Below the pieces are notes generated by a model that was given only the letters and a program-made list of their open reading frames with translations, searched no databases and had not been told where the DNA came from. Made by a program: the position numbers and the translations under genes. This document shows positions 12,924-24,377 of a DNA stretch of 64,000 nt, piece after piece (positions within the stretch are counted from its first letter, which is position 1; each line of letters begins with the position of its first letter). Location of the stretch: positions 124,001 to 188,000 of the forward strand of contig CBFDEM010000046.1 in assembly GCA_965603825.1 (NCBI GenBank), written 5' to 3'. This stretch comes from Blepharisma stoltei ATCC 30299 (lineage: Eukaryota > Protista > Ciliophora).

Positions 12924-13274
12924 TTTAAAATTTAAAAATAATTTCTTTATACTTTTTTATTAGTTTTTATAGGATATTTATTTATATTTTTGAGATTCTA
13001 TCCCGGAAATGTATTCTTTATTATGGATAATTTCAATATTGCTTATGCTAAATAATTTGTTTTTTAAGGTAATAAAAATTCTTAAATATAATGCTATTTA
13101 ATGATTATTTTAACAAAATATTTAGATTTCATTAAAAAAAATTAAATAAGGTAATTTGAATTTCAATTGATTAATAGTTATACTATTTATATTTTTAATT
13201 TTATTATTCAATAATTTATTATACAAATATTGCTAAAATATTTAATGAAAATAAGACCAATTAATGAGGTTAAT

Positions 13275-14514
13275 CTATAAATCAGTCTTCTTTGCTTCAT
13301 CTCCCAGACCATCTTTTTCCAACTTTAAGCCCGGTGATATCCGAGTAGTCTTCTTTGCTTCATCGTTTAGACCATCTTTTTCCAACTTTTGACCTGATGA
13401 TGTCTGAGTAGGTCTTAATTCATCTAATTCTTTAAACTTCAGATTAAAGTCTTCGCAAAACTTCTCAAACGATTTCGTCTCAAGCCCCGGATATTCGAAG
13501 AGTCCAAAATTGATTGAAGCATATATGCGATGAATATTTGATTGAAAATCAACAAAGCGTTTTTTATAGACGACCTTGAATACATTTCCTGAAAGAATCT
13601 CACCTGGAAGATATTTTGTAAGACTGGAAATAGGTATAGAGCCATTGCTTTTGATAAGTCAGTACATTGCTTGCAGCACATCATGGTCATCTTTTACAAT
13701 ATTATTAAAGTCAATAGATATTTCCTTGAAGTTATAGCTCGCTGTATCGAGTAAATCTATAATTGCCTCAACGAAATTCTTTTCATCAATAGGACCGCTA
13801 GATTCCGAAACAGATGCAAAAAACAAGTTGTACCATAAAGGATGCCCCTTGATAAATTGATAGGCTTTTTGCACATATTCTTCAGAGTCTTCTTTTCTCA
13901 TGCAGTGGTGAAAGTGATAAGAAGTTGTCTCATTAAATCCTTGGAAAATATCAGTTATTCTAAGAGTTCTTTGAAGATCAAGTTTTTTCAAGACATGACT
14001 AATTGTCCACCCTTCACTGAATGAAAGTACAACATTAAATAAGGATCAATTGAAATAGATCCTAAGGCAAATAATTTGAGGATTTTCTGCTCATCTTCTA
14101 TATCTTTCAGTAAATGAACATTATCAATTATAATAATTGGATGGTGGTTATATTTTTTAATGAAATTGTCTGCTATATGCTAAATGAGTAGCTTGATATG
14201 GAATTTTCACAAATTCAAAGGAGGCCACTTCGAAAGTAAATATTGCTGCAAAAATAATAATAGTAAATTTGGAAACGTTAAAATAAGTGTGAAATGCATT
14301 TGCGCACGTAAGAATTACAAAAGCAATTGCGTACCCAAACGAGCTTATTTTCAAAGTCCGATGATGTAAAAATGAAATAGACAGAAAGAGCTTGCAATCC
14401 GATCAAACATAGAATAAATTTGGTTTGGTTTCCTGAATTTCTTTTATTTTTTTTATCATTTTCTTGCTTTTCTTCTATTTCTTGTTCTTTAATTATCTCT
14501 TGCCCTTGCTCCAT
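13275..14514 (-). pseudogene. TM-anchored P-loop NTPase pseudogene, copy 1 (Walker A region deleted, frameshifts)
   Basis: Paralog of 15005..16649; ~400-bp deletion near 14170 joins QATHLAY directly to NFIKKYNHH. Confidence 0.85.
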
Positions 14515-15004
14515 TTATTATTATTATAGGGATAAGGGGCAAATAATTAGATGGGTAATCATTTATTTTATTACTTTTAAAGCTTGCATTATTTTTGGTC
14601 TCAAATGATATAAATTAAATGCATAAACTTATAAAATTATAATCCAATTAAAAAGTAAAAAATTATTTGTATTTTAAAGTAGTAAGCTAATTCGATTAAT
14701 CTCAAATTATTTTACAATTCAATAGTTAAAGCTTTCATCTTATAGAGCAAAAGTAATCAGGATTCATCAGATTTCTTTTTCGGGCTATATAAAGATTAAC
14801 ATTTACTAATTTTTATATCGGAAAACTAGGAATGTTAAAATATTTGGTAAACTAAATATAATGCTACTTAATGATTATTTTAACAAAGAATTTAGACTTC
14901 ATTCAAAAAAAATTGATTAATAATTATATTATTTATACTTTTTTATTCAATAATTTACTATGCAAAAATATTTAATGAAAATAAGACTAATTAATGAGGT
15001 TAAT

Positions 15005-16649
15005 CTATAAATCAGTCTTCTTTGCCTCATCTTTTAGACCATCTTTTTCCAACGTTAAACCCGGTGATATCTGAGTAGTCTTCTTTGCTTCGTAGTTTAG
15101 ACTATCTTTTTCCAACTTTGAACTTGATGATGTCTGAGTAGGCTCTAATTCATCTAATTCTTTAAACTTCAGATTAAATTGTTTGCAAAACTTCTCAAAC
15201 GATTTCGTCTCAAGCCCCGGATATTCGAAGAGTCCAAATTTCATTGAAGCATATATGCGATGAATATTTGATTGAAAATCAACCAATTGATCGTCGTAGA
15301 AGACTCTGAATATATTTCCTGAAAGAATCTCATCTGAAAGATATTTTTCAAGACTGGAAAGAGGAATAGGATCATTGCTTTTGATAAGTCAGTACATTGC
15401 TTGCAGCACATCATGGTTATCATTTTTAATATTATTAAAGTAAATAGACATTTGCTTGAAGTTATAGTTCGCTGTATTGAGTAAACGCTTAATTGCCTTA
15501 AGGAATGTCTTTTCATTAATAGGACCGCTAGATTCCGAAACAGATCTAAAAAACATGTCGTACCATAAAGGATGCCCCTTGATAAATTGATAGGCTTTTT
15601 GCACATATTCTTCAGAGTCTTCTTTTCTCATGCAGTGGTGAAAGTGATAAGAAGTTGTCTCATTAAATTCTTGGAAAATATCAGTTATTTGATTAGTTCT
15701 TTGAAGATCAAGTTCTTTCAAGATATGACTAATTGTCCACCCTTCACTAGAGGATAGAACAACACTAAATAAAGGATCAATTGAAATAGATCCTAAGGCA
15801 AATAATTTGAGGATTTTCTGCTCATCTTCTATATCTTTCAGTAAATGAACATTATCAATTATAATAATTGGATGGTGGTTATATTTTTTAATGAAATTGC
15901 CTGATATATCCTTTGATTTGAAAATTACATTCATTTTTATTGGTTTTGGGAGAGCAATTTTTTTAACCTCACGCGAAGAGTTCTTGTAACTCTTCAAAGT
16001 TTGAAGGTTTGAAGTTGAAAATTAACTTCATATAAACATAAAAAGGGTTTCATTCGTTTCTGGAATATACATCTCGAATAAACGATTGAGAAAAATTTAA
16101 ATTATCCTCCTTAATCTCAAAATAAAACACATAGTCATATTTGGTCGCAAACCATTTAAGGAATGTTGATTTTCCAATACCATGAATTCCATCTATGATG
16201 ACAGGATAATTACTATCTAAAATTTTTTTTTCTAAAATCTGATACTCTTGAACTACTTCAATGCATGGTGGATATTTAGACGAAAATGGCTTATTGCTTG
16301 AAAATGCATATGCTAAATGAGTAGCTTGATATGGAATTTTCACAAATTCAAAGGAGGCCACTTCGAAAGTAAATATTGCTGCAAAAATAATAATAGTAAA
16401 TTTGGAAGTGTTAAAATAAGTGTGAAATGCATTTGCGCACGTAAGAATTACAAAAGCAATTGCGTACCAAACGAGCTTATTTTCAAAGTCCGATGATGTA
16501 AAAATGAAATAGACAGAAAGAGCTTGCAATCCGATCAAACATAATAGAATAAATTTGGTTTGGTTTCCTGAATTTCTTTTATTTTTTTTATCATTTTCTT
16601 GCTTTTCTTCTATTTCTTGTTCTTTAATTATCTCTTGCCCTTGCTCCAT
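15005..16649 (-). CDS. Membrane-anchored P-loop NTPase (STAND/AP-ATPase-like), copy 2; contains one +1 frame break at ~15965-16015
   Basis: Three N-terminal hydrophobic segments, Walker A GIHGIGKST, Walker B IIIIDNVH, GHPL (GxP-like) motif; TGA-Trp at 16050 and 15389; C-terminal 63-bp duplicated unit (EKDxLxxEAKKT). Confidence 0.65.
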
Positions 16650-17087
16650 TTATTATAGGGATAAGGGGCAAATAATTAGATGGGTAATCATTTATTTTAT
16701 TACTTTTAAAGCTTGCATTATTTTTGGTCTCAAATGATATAAATTAAATCCATAAACTTATAAAATTATAATCCAATTAAAAAGTAAAAAATTATTTGTA
16801 TTTTAAAGTAGTAAGCTAATTCGATTAATCTCAAATTATTTTACAATTCAATAGTTAAAGCTTTCATCTTATAGAGCAAAAGTAATCAGGATTCATCAGA
16901 TTTCTTTTTCGGGCTATATAAAGATTAACATTTACTAATTTTTATATCGGAAAACTAGGAATGTTAAAATATTTGGTAAACTAAGAATAAGAGCCCTTGA
17001 CTATTTAGGCTTTTTTCATTTAGAAAACTTGATAAAATGCTTTGTAAACTGGACTTAATTTTATCTAAAATATGTAATAATACTAAA

Positions 17088-17664
17088 ATGGAATCCACAT
17101 TTAAACCTACACAAGTGACTATGGAAGATGTAGATGAAAGATTTAAGAGGTAAATTCTACACAGTTCAAAAAAGCATATTATTTGGCATTTTAAACTAGA
17201 CAATGAAAAGCACACCGCAGAGCTCGAATGCTCATATTTGACTAATAAAAGAAGGGTCACTTTTGATGGAACCTTAATGTTCACAGGCTATAAGCCAATT
17301 GGCGGGGTATTCCAATACAGATTTTTCCATATGAAGCATGTAGTTACTATTGACAACCCCGGTGCAGATGCAGATTTATTAGTTGACAGCTTATCTTTTA
17401 ATGATCTTTATTGGCAGAAGATTTTGGAAATAATGTATGGCAAAGACTCCGCCTCAAGGCAGCCACATAAAGACCAAGTCCCCGAGTACCCTACAGAAAC
17501 CTTTAAAAAGGCTGGAGAAGAGCCTAACATTCAGCCTAGAAAAGCCCACGAAATTGACTTAATTGGGCAAAAACCAAAAAATGAATTTAAAAATGGCTAA
17601 AGAAATGGATTTACTTGAAGACATGCCAGGGAATAAAATTGAGTTTGATTTATTGCCAGGAAAT
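17088..17664 (+). pseudogene. Truncated 5' copy of the 21489..22652 gene
   Basis: Near-identical start and 15-nt intron (17150-17164); frameshift near 17588; breaks at the duplication junction ~17665. Confidence 0.85.
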
Positions 17665-17676
17665 AAATAAAATGGC

Positions 17677-18815
17677 ACTTGGAAGGATTGTGACCATTCC
17701 TTCAGCAGCCCTCATAACAGTCCCTGCAAGTCCTCTGGCATCTCCTTTAATTACTTTGACGCGATCACCTTGTGAATAATGGATTTTCCTAGAAAATTTG
17801 GATTTCTGTGAGGGTTGGGGCAACATTTTCAGTCTGGAGGCTACAGATTGCCATTGATTTGTGAAGCAGACCGTTGCGGAATTGTAAGCCATACTATAAG
17901 AAAAAAATGTATCGGGACATGACGTCTCTTTTGGTTTCACACTCAGGGTAGTCTTTTGGGTTAAAAAGTTTGGCTGAAGGCTGCACTTTGTGGTTGCTGG
18001 TTTTTTCAAGACATGGGACCATTCTTACTTGTGCGCGGTCTCTGTGCTCTTCGACCATTACAATTTGGGCTATATCTCCTTTGTAGTCTCCTGATTTGAT
18101 TCTGACGAATTTTCCAGGCTCAATGATAAGTTTTTTGGCTTTGCCCATAGAAAAACATCTACCATTTCTTCAATTGGGACAATAGAATCTTATATTCAAT
18201 CAGCAAATGAATCCCTTTAATAGCAGTAGCAGCATGAGCCTTCTTATAGGCTTCTACATATATATAATCCCTTACATGATTTGAGGCAATTGCTGAAAAA
18301 ATTTCTAATGGCTCTCCTTCTCTCATCTTAAATAAAGCTTTTTGCATTAAATTCATGGCCGCTTCTTTTTCTTTCCCATTCCTACACCCTACAAGCCATA
18401 ATTTCGGGTCTTGAATTGATGGCAAATTTCTCTGCTGGGAGACTTGAGAAAGGTCTTTAGGAATGTCAGTCATTTGTAAAGTCGCACTATGCTCAAATCT
18501 TCTTGCAATATCTTCAGACTTTTCTTCTGATAAATAATCTCGGCGCTTAGGCAGTGAACTTAGAAGTCTTTCAGCTTCACGACGCTCGTGCTCATATTCA
18601 GGATCAATGTCACTTTCTTCGTCCTCTTCACCTTCGTCTGCAGCAATTTCAAGAAATTGGTTTTTTGAGAATTTAGCACTCTTTTTTTGGTGTTTTGTGC
18701 CCTTTGATGAAGATTTTTTGACCCGCTTGCGAGAAGTTTCTTCTTTGACGTCGAAATCTTCGTCTTCACTGGATTCATCAGATGAAAAGGCATCCTCAGA
18801 ACTTTCGCTTGACAT
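17677..18815 (-). pseudogene. SPT5 pseudogene (5' half only, frameshifts, ~48-bp deletion)
   Basis: Near-identical to 10776..11963 but broken into three ORFs and truncated. Confidence 0.9.
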
Positions 18816-18827
18816 TTATAAATTTAT

Positions 18828-19390
18828 ATGGATAGATTAATCGAGTATTTGAATAGGAAAATTGCAGTGACAGCGACAGAAATTTCAAAAGATTTTGGGG
18901 TGTCTTTAGGTGAAGCTAGAAAAATGTTGTTTAATTATATACAAAATTATGAAAGTAATTTCAACTGTATTTATTCATCTTTTGATCCTTCAAATAGGAA
19001 ATTTTCTTTAATTACTGAAGAGCAAATGTTTAATTGCAGCATGTGCGAAATCGAAGCTTATGGTATTGTCCGAGAAAATTATGATAAAATAATCCTCCCC
19101 ACAAATTCCTACAAGCTAAGAGACGATCCCCCTCTTGGAAATCACAAAAAAGGTGTCTTAGTTAGCACCCTCCCAGTAGTAAAAATCGAAAATCGTATAC
19201 AAAAAGACGGAACCCCTGCAATCACAACAGGTAAAAAATTAAAAAGAAATTCCCTTGATTTTATTTTAACCCTCCAAAACGAGTAAAACCGAACTGCGAA
19301 CTGTCCATTTCTGATATAAAAAGACAGGTAAAATTAAACAATGATGGGAAATTAGTATTAGAAGAACACATTACTTATGAAGAACAATAA
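18828..19390 (+). pseudogene. POLD3-like copy 2, 1-nt deletion in a T-run at ~19260
   Basis: GATTTTATT versus GATTTTTATT in copy 1; could be a homopolymer sequencing error. Confidence 0.6.
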
Positions 19391-19392
19391 CA

Positions 19393-19926
19393 TTAATCTA
19401 TAATTTTCCACATTCTATTAACAGAATCATATGCTGATGAATTTTGAATTTTAAAAGGAACTTCTTCATCTCCTTTTATATAATTTCCACTGATGTTTTG
19501 TGTATCAGCAGCGTTTCATTCGATTTTTGCGAACATCCGGTATAGATTTATTTTGCTTTTTAAATAGGACATCATTTTTTCATGATATTTCAATTCTTCT
19601 TCTAATTCGTACTCTTCATCAGCAATATTGCCGTCTCTCTCTTTTAATGCTTCTCTTGTGTATTTTTCTACTTCTTTTTGGCTTTTTAGCCTTTCCATTT
19701 CCATTAAATGCTTTTTCAGCTCACTTTTTTCGTTTGCCGCATCTTGTTTGGCTTCTTGGAAATTTAAAATTTGTTCTTCAACCTTGACTTTTTCGTCCTC
19801 GAGCTTGTTGCCGAGGAATTTTAAGTTTTCTTCAGTTTCGACGATTGAGTTGTGGATGGTGAGGGGAAGTTCGTCAAGAATTTCTTGGCAGGCTTGTAGT
19901 GAACTTTTTAGTTCGCCGATATCCAT
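19393..19926 (-). CDS. SPC24: Kinetochore Ndc80-complex subunit SPC24
   Basis: Coiled coil followed by LYRMFAKIEW(TGA)NAADTQNISG...DSVNRMWKIID, matching the Spc24 RWD C-terminal pattern; an in-frame ATG also exists at 19953. Confidence 0.75.
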
Positions 19927-20268
19927 TTTAAAATTTAAAAATAATTTCTTCATACTTTTTTATTAGTTTTTATATGATATTTATTTATATTTTTGAGATT
20001 CTATCCCGGAAATTGTATTCTTTATTATGGAGAATTTCAGTATTGCTTGTGCTAAATAATTTGTTTTTTAAGGTTATAAAAATTTTTAAATATAATGCTA
20101 TTTAATGATTATTTTAACAAAAAATTTAGATTTCATTCAAAAATATTAAATAATGTAATTTGAATTTCAATTGATTAATAATTATACTGTTTATACTTTT
20201 AATTTTATTATTCAATAATTTATTATACAAAATATTTAATGAAAATAAGACCAATTAATGAGGTTAAT

Positions 20269-20993
20269 CTATAAATCAGTCTTCTTTGCTTCATCTTTTA
20301 GACCATCTTTTTCCAACTTTAAACCTGATGATATCACTTATTTTTGCCTCCTCGGAAAAGTAGTGGTCGGTTTTTTTTATATCAATTTTTAATGTGAAGC
20401 TTTTTCATATCTTTTTTCAAAAGCCTTTTTTTGCATATATCTTTTGTGTCTGATTTTAATCTAATAAATAGCTATTATGATTGTAATTTATTATCAGAGT
20501 GTTTTATTGCCCAATATGCTCTGATTTCATACTTTTATCTTTTTCACTGTGCAGTTTAAAAATTAAGTTGGATCATATGTGCTATACTATTTGTGCATAC
20601 ATTTGGAGATGTCTTATTTAAATTTAGTTAATAAATAAGAGATTATTGTATATATAATTTCAGTCTGCTATCTCTCTGTTTAAAATATCATTTGATACTT
20701 TTTTCCACCTATTTTTGGGGAAAAAATGCAAGTTTTTCAGCCCTCACTTTGTAGTTTTCAATGTAGCTTTTTAGCTTGACCCGAAGTACATTTGCACACA
20801 TAAGAACTGCTAAGGCAATTGTGTACCAAATGAGCTGATCTTCAAAATCTGATGACGTAAAAAGGAAATAGACCGAAAGTGATTGTAATCCAATCCAACA
20901 TAAAAACATGCTTGGAATAGCTTGGGTTCAGTTTCCTGCATTTTTACCATTTTCTATTTCTTGCTCTTTTTGATCCTCTTGCCTTTGCTCCAT
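20269..20993 (-). pseudogene. TM-anchored NTPase relic, copy 3 (ends retained, NTPase core replaced by unrelated sequence)
   Basis: Start MEQRQED and end KDGLKDEAKKTDL match copies 1 and 2; ~20335-20790 does not. Confidence 0.7.
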
Positions 20994-21306
20994 TTATTAT
21001 CACCAGGATAAGGGGCTAAGTTATATGTGCAATGAACAATTTCATAACTTTTAAAGCCTGTATAATTTTTGATCTCAAATATCATAAATTAAATGCATAA
21101 TTTTATAGATAAGTAAAAATTATTCGTGTTTTAAATTAGTAAACTATTTCAAAATAATATTAAATTCTTTCATGATTCAATACATAAAGCTTTTATCTTA
21201 TATAATAAATAAAGTTAGGATTCATTTCTGGTTGCATAAAGATTAGCATTTACTAATTTTTATATCTGAAACCTAGGAAAATGAAATCAAACAAAAATAT
21301 TTGTAA

Positions 21307-21455
21307 CTAAGAATAAAAACCCTTGACAATTTAGCTTTTTCATTTAGAAAACTTAATAAAATGCTTTGTAAACTGGACTTAAGAATAAGAGCCCTTGACA
21401 ATTAAGCTTTTTCATTTAAAAAACTTGATAAAACGCTTTTTAAACTGTACTTAAT
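21307..21455. repeat. ~73-bp direct tandem repeat x2
   Basis: TAAGAATAA.A.CCCTTGACAATT.AGCTTTTTCATTTA.AAAACTT.ATAAAA.GCTTT.TAAACTG.ACTT twice; single copy at ~16981. Confidence 0.8.
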
Positions 21456-21488
21456 TAATTTTTATATAAAATATGTAATAATACTAAA

Positions 21489-22652
21489 ATGGAATCCACA
21501 TTTAAACCTACACAAGTGACTATGGAAGATGTAGGTGAAAGATTTAAGAGGTAAATTCTACACAGCTCAAAAAAGCATATTATTTGGCATTTTGAATTAG
21601 ACAATGAAAAACACGCCGCAGAGCTCGAATGCTCATATTTGACTAATAAAAGAAGGGTCACTTTTGATGGAACCTTAATGTTTACAGGCTATAAGCCAAT
21701 TGGCGGGGTTTTCCAGTACAGATTTTTCCATATGAAGCATGTAATTACTATTGACAACCCTGGCGCAGATGCAGATTTATTAGTAGACAGCTTATCTTTT
21801 AATGATCTTTATGGGCAGAAGATCTGGGAAAGAATGTATGGCAAAGACTCCGCCTCAAGGCAGCCGCATAAAGACCAAGTCCCCGAGTACCCTACAGAAA
21901 CCTTTAAAAAGGCTGGAGAAGAGCCTAACATTCAGCCTAGAAAAGCCCATGAAATTGACTTAATTGGGCAAAAACCAAAAAATGAAATAAAAATGGCTAA
22001 AGAAATGGATTTACTTGAAGACATGCCAGGGAATAAAATTGAGTTTGATTTATTACCAGGAAATGCAAAGCCTGCTAGGGCTAAGCTGAAAGATGATTTT
22101 TTAGAATTGGATGCAGAGGAAAATAAAGGGTCAGATTTATTAAGTTTGGAAGGCTTAGATATAAAAGCCAATGAAAATGCATTTGATACTGTTTTTGATA
22201 ATAAGCCAAAACCTACTAATAAAAATTTAGATCTTTTTGCTGATATACAGAAAACAGATAATAAAGCTAAACCAGCTGGGAGTACGCTAAATATGGATCT
22301 TTTTGCAGATATGCCGAAGTCAGCGAGCTTTACTGGGGATATTTTTAGTAAACCAGCGGTAAATATAACTAATAAACAAGCCAATTCGTCGTTATTGGAT
22401 TTTGCGAGTAGTAATAATGACTTGTTTTCAAGCACAAAACAGCTTCAGGCCAGCAGTGCAAACCCTTTGGACTCGTTATTTAGTATGGATACAGAGAAAA
22501 CTCAAACAAAAAGTGCAACTAGCACCAGTGTACAGCCAGATCTTTTTAGTTTCCAGCAAAATTCTAATAAAAATACAGAAAGTTTAATGAACTCATCACA
22601 ACCAAGTGGCAAAAAAGACGAAAAATCAGCCTTTGATGATTTATTTTCATAA
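21489..22652 (+). CDS. Protein with FAIM1-like N-terminal beta domain and disordered tail rich in DLL/DLF motifs (putative clathrin/AP adaptor)
   Basis: ATG 21489; 15-nt intron 21551-21565 contains an in-frame TAA; DVGERFKSSKKHIIW..KRRVTFDG; repeated DLL/LDLF/LLDF/FDDLF. Confidence 0.65.
21551..21565 (+). other. 15-nt intron GTAAATTCTACACAG
   Basis: GT-AG, A at -6, removes an in-frame stop. Confidence 0.85.
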
Positions 22653-22736
22653 GACTAATTACAAATCTATTTAAATTTACATGCTTATTTAAATAATTCT
22701 ATTATAAAACACAAGTATTGCTAAATTTCTAATAAA

Positions 22737-23414
22737 ATGGAGACTGTGGATCCAAATGAGACTCTCTACATCCAAAATCTCAATGAAAAAATCAAATCAG
22801 ATGGTAAATTTCATATAGAAATGAGGGTCTTGCTATATCAACTATTCGCACAATACGGTACAGTCTTAGAAGTCCAAACCCAAAAACAATATCGTATGAG
22901 AGGGCAAGCATTTGTAGTTTATGACTCTAAAGAGGATGCCACAAATGCTATGAGACTATTGCAAGGCTACAGTTTTCATGGAAAAACATTGGTAAATTTC
23001 ACCTAGAGAATTTCTTACTCAAAGGTAAAATCTGACATAATCACAAAACGTGAAGGAACTTATATACCCCGCGATCATACAGAATCATCCTTCAAACGCC
23101 AGCACTTTTTCAGAAAACTTGAAGAAAAACAAGCCAAAAGACGTGGAATGCAGATAGAAATGCCTAGCAATGGCCACGCAGGGGCAAATCATATTTTATT
23201 TATTGAAAGAATTGATTCCAGCATCCCTGAGAACGTGATTGCTTCTCTATTTTCTCTATATAAAGGATATAAAGAAGTAAGAATGATCCCTGAAAAAAGA
23301 GTAGCCTTTATAGAGTTTGACGAAGATTTCCAAGCTGCAAAAGCTTTAGAAGGCTTAAACGGGTACAAAATCACAGAAAACTGTCAGCTTATCATTTCTT
23401 ACGCTAAAAGATAG
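22737..23414 (+). CDS. U1A/U2B'' (SNF-family) snRNP protein, two RRMs, two 15-nt introns
   Basis: PNETLYIQNLNEKIK, MRGQAFVVY, RISYSKVKSD; second RRM EVRMIPEKRVAFIEF..ISYAKR. Confidence 0.93.
22804..22818 (+). other. 15-nt intron GTAAATTTCATATAG
   Basis: Removal gives the canonical spacing KIKSDEMR; A at -6. Confidence 0.85.
22992..23006 (+). other. 15-nt intron GTAAATTTCACCTAG
   Basis: Ends at the TAG that truncates the ORF; removal gives GKTLRISYSK. Confidence 0.92.
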
Positions 23415-23501
23415 GTTTAAATTGTATTTTCTTATATAGGCTAAGAGCTTGTCCTCAAACTCTTAAATAAAGGTAAGTTAAAGACTAATAGTTAGTAAAA
23501 C

Positions 23502-24341
23502 TTAAAATATCTCACAGCATTCATGATGCACAGGCTGCTGATGGTTGCTTTCAACCCTTTCCACCTGCTTCACAGCTACATTTTTCAGCAACACCCCATC
23601 TCCATTTCCAGCCAACATAATATGTGTGTCCCTAAAACAAGGTATAAATTTATTACAACAAGAATTCATGCATCTTTTGTTTGTGGTAACTGCAGTAATA
23701 AATACTTTATCGTCGCCATTGTCAATCAAATCCACTTTGATGTCAACGTAATCTTGGATTTCGTTTATTTCTTCGAGCTCAGGGATTTCTTGTTTTTTAA
23801 AAAATTTAAATTCATTTCCAGGGCCAATATTTGCACCAAATATGACGAAGACTCTTTGGGAGTCGGAATCTTTTTTAAATTTGCAAATCATGGCGTCGGG
23901 ATCTTTGACACCGCTTCCTCTTGTTATGATAAAAAATGCGGAGTCGCCGATAAGTCTAAAAGTCAAATTTATTTCACAGGCAATGCTTTTAAGCGAAATT
24001 GTTGGTTTTGATCTTAAAACTAAATTTTGTATCGGAATTCCAAAATTATTAGGCTGAATTTCAAAAGGTCGAAAATTTCCCCTGACCTCAGAAAGTCCTT
24101 CAGACGAGTGACTATAAAAATTCGCGATTTCCCAGTTTGCAGATTTCGGTATTTGCTGCGAAAAATTATCAGCTATAATAAGTTTATTCAGAATATGCCT
24201 TTCGGTCTGCTGAAATTCTTCTTGAGAGTCTTTTTGTTCTTTTAAAGGAGACACTTGCCGATCAGCTTGAATTTTCATGATAAGTTCTTGATTATAAAGC
24301 CGTGGCTGATGGGCTCTGAAGTCTAAGGATTTTGATCTCAT
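23502..24341 (-). CDS. Hypothetical protein (279 aa) ending in CCEIF (CaaX-like)
   Basis: Uninterrupted ATG-TAA ORF filling the gap between two conserved genes. Confidence 0.75.
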   Translation of the reverse strand: MRSKSLDFRAHQPRLYNQELIMKIQADRQVSPLKEQKDSQEEFQQTERHILNKLIIADNFSQQIPKSANWEIANFYSHSSEGLSEVRGNFRPFEIQPNNFGIPIQNLVLRSKPTISLKSIACEINLTFRLIGDSAFFIITRGSGVKDPDAMICKFKKDSDSQRVFVIFGANIGPGNEFKFFKKQEIPELEEINEIQDYVDIKVDLIDNGDDKVFITAVTTNKRCMNSCCNKFIPCFRDTHIMLAGNGDGVLLKNVAVKQVERVESNHQQPVHHECCEIF

Positions 24342-24377
24342 GATTTGAATAATTGTTAGAAAATATTATGATTATTT

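Larger units (their letters stand above)
10776..22063. repeat. Tandem segmental duplication (unit A ~10776-17664, unit B ~17677-22063)
   Basis: Same gene order SPT5(5')-POLD3-SPC24-NTPase-FAIM-like(5') twice; unit A also has an internal duplication of the NTPase gene and its flanks. Confidence 0.9.
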
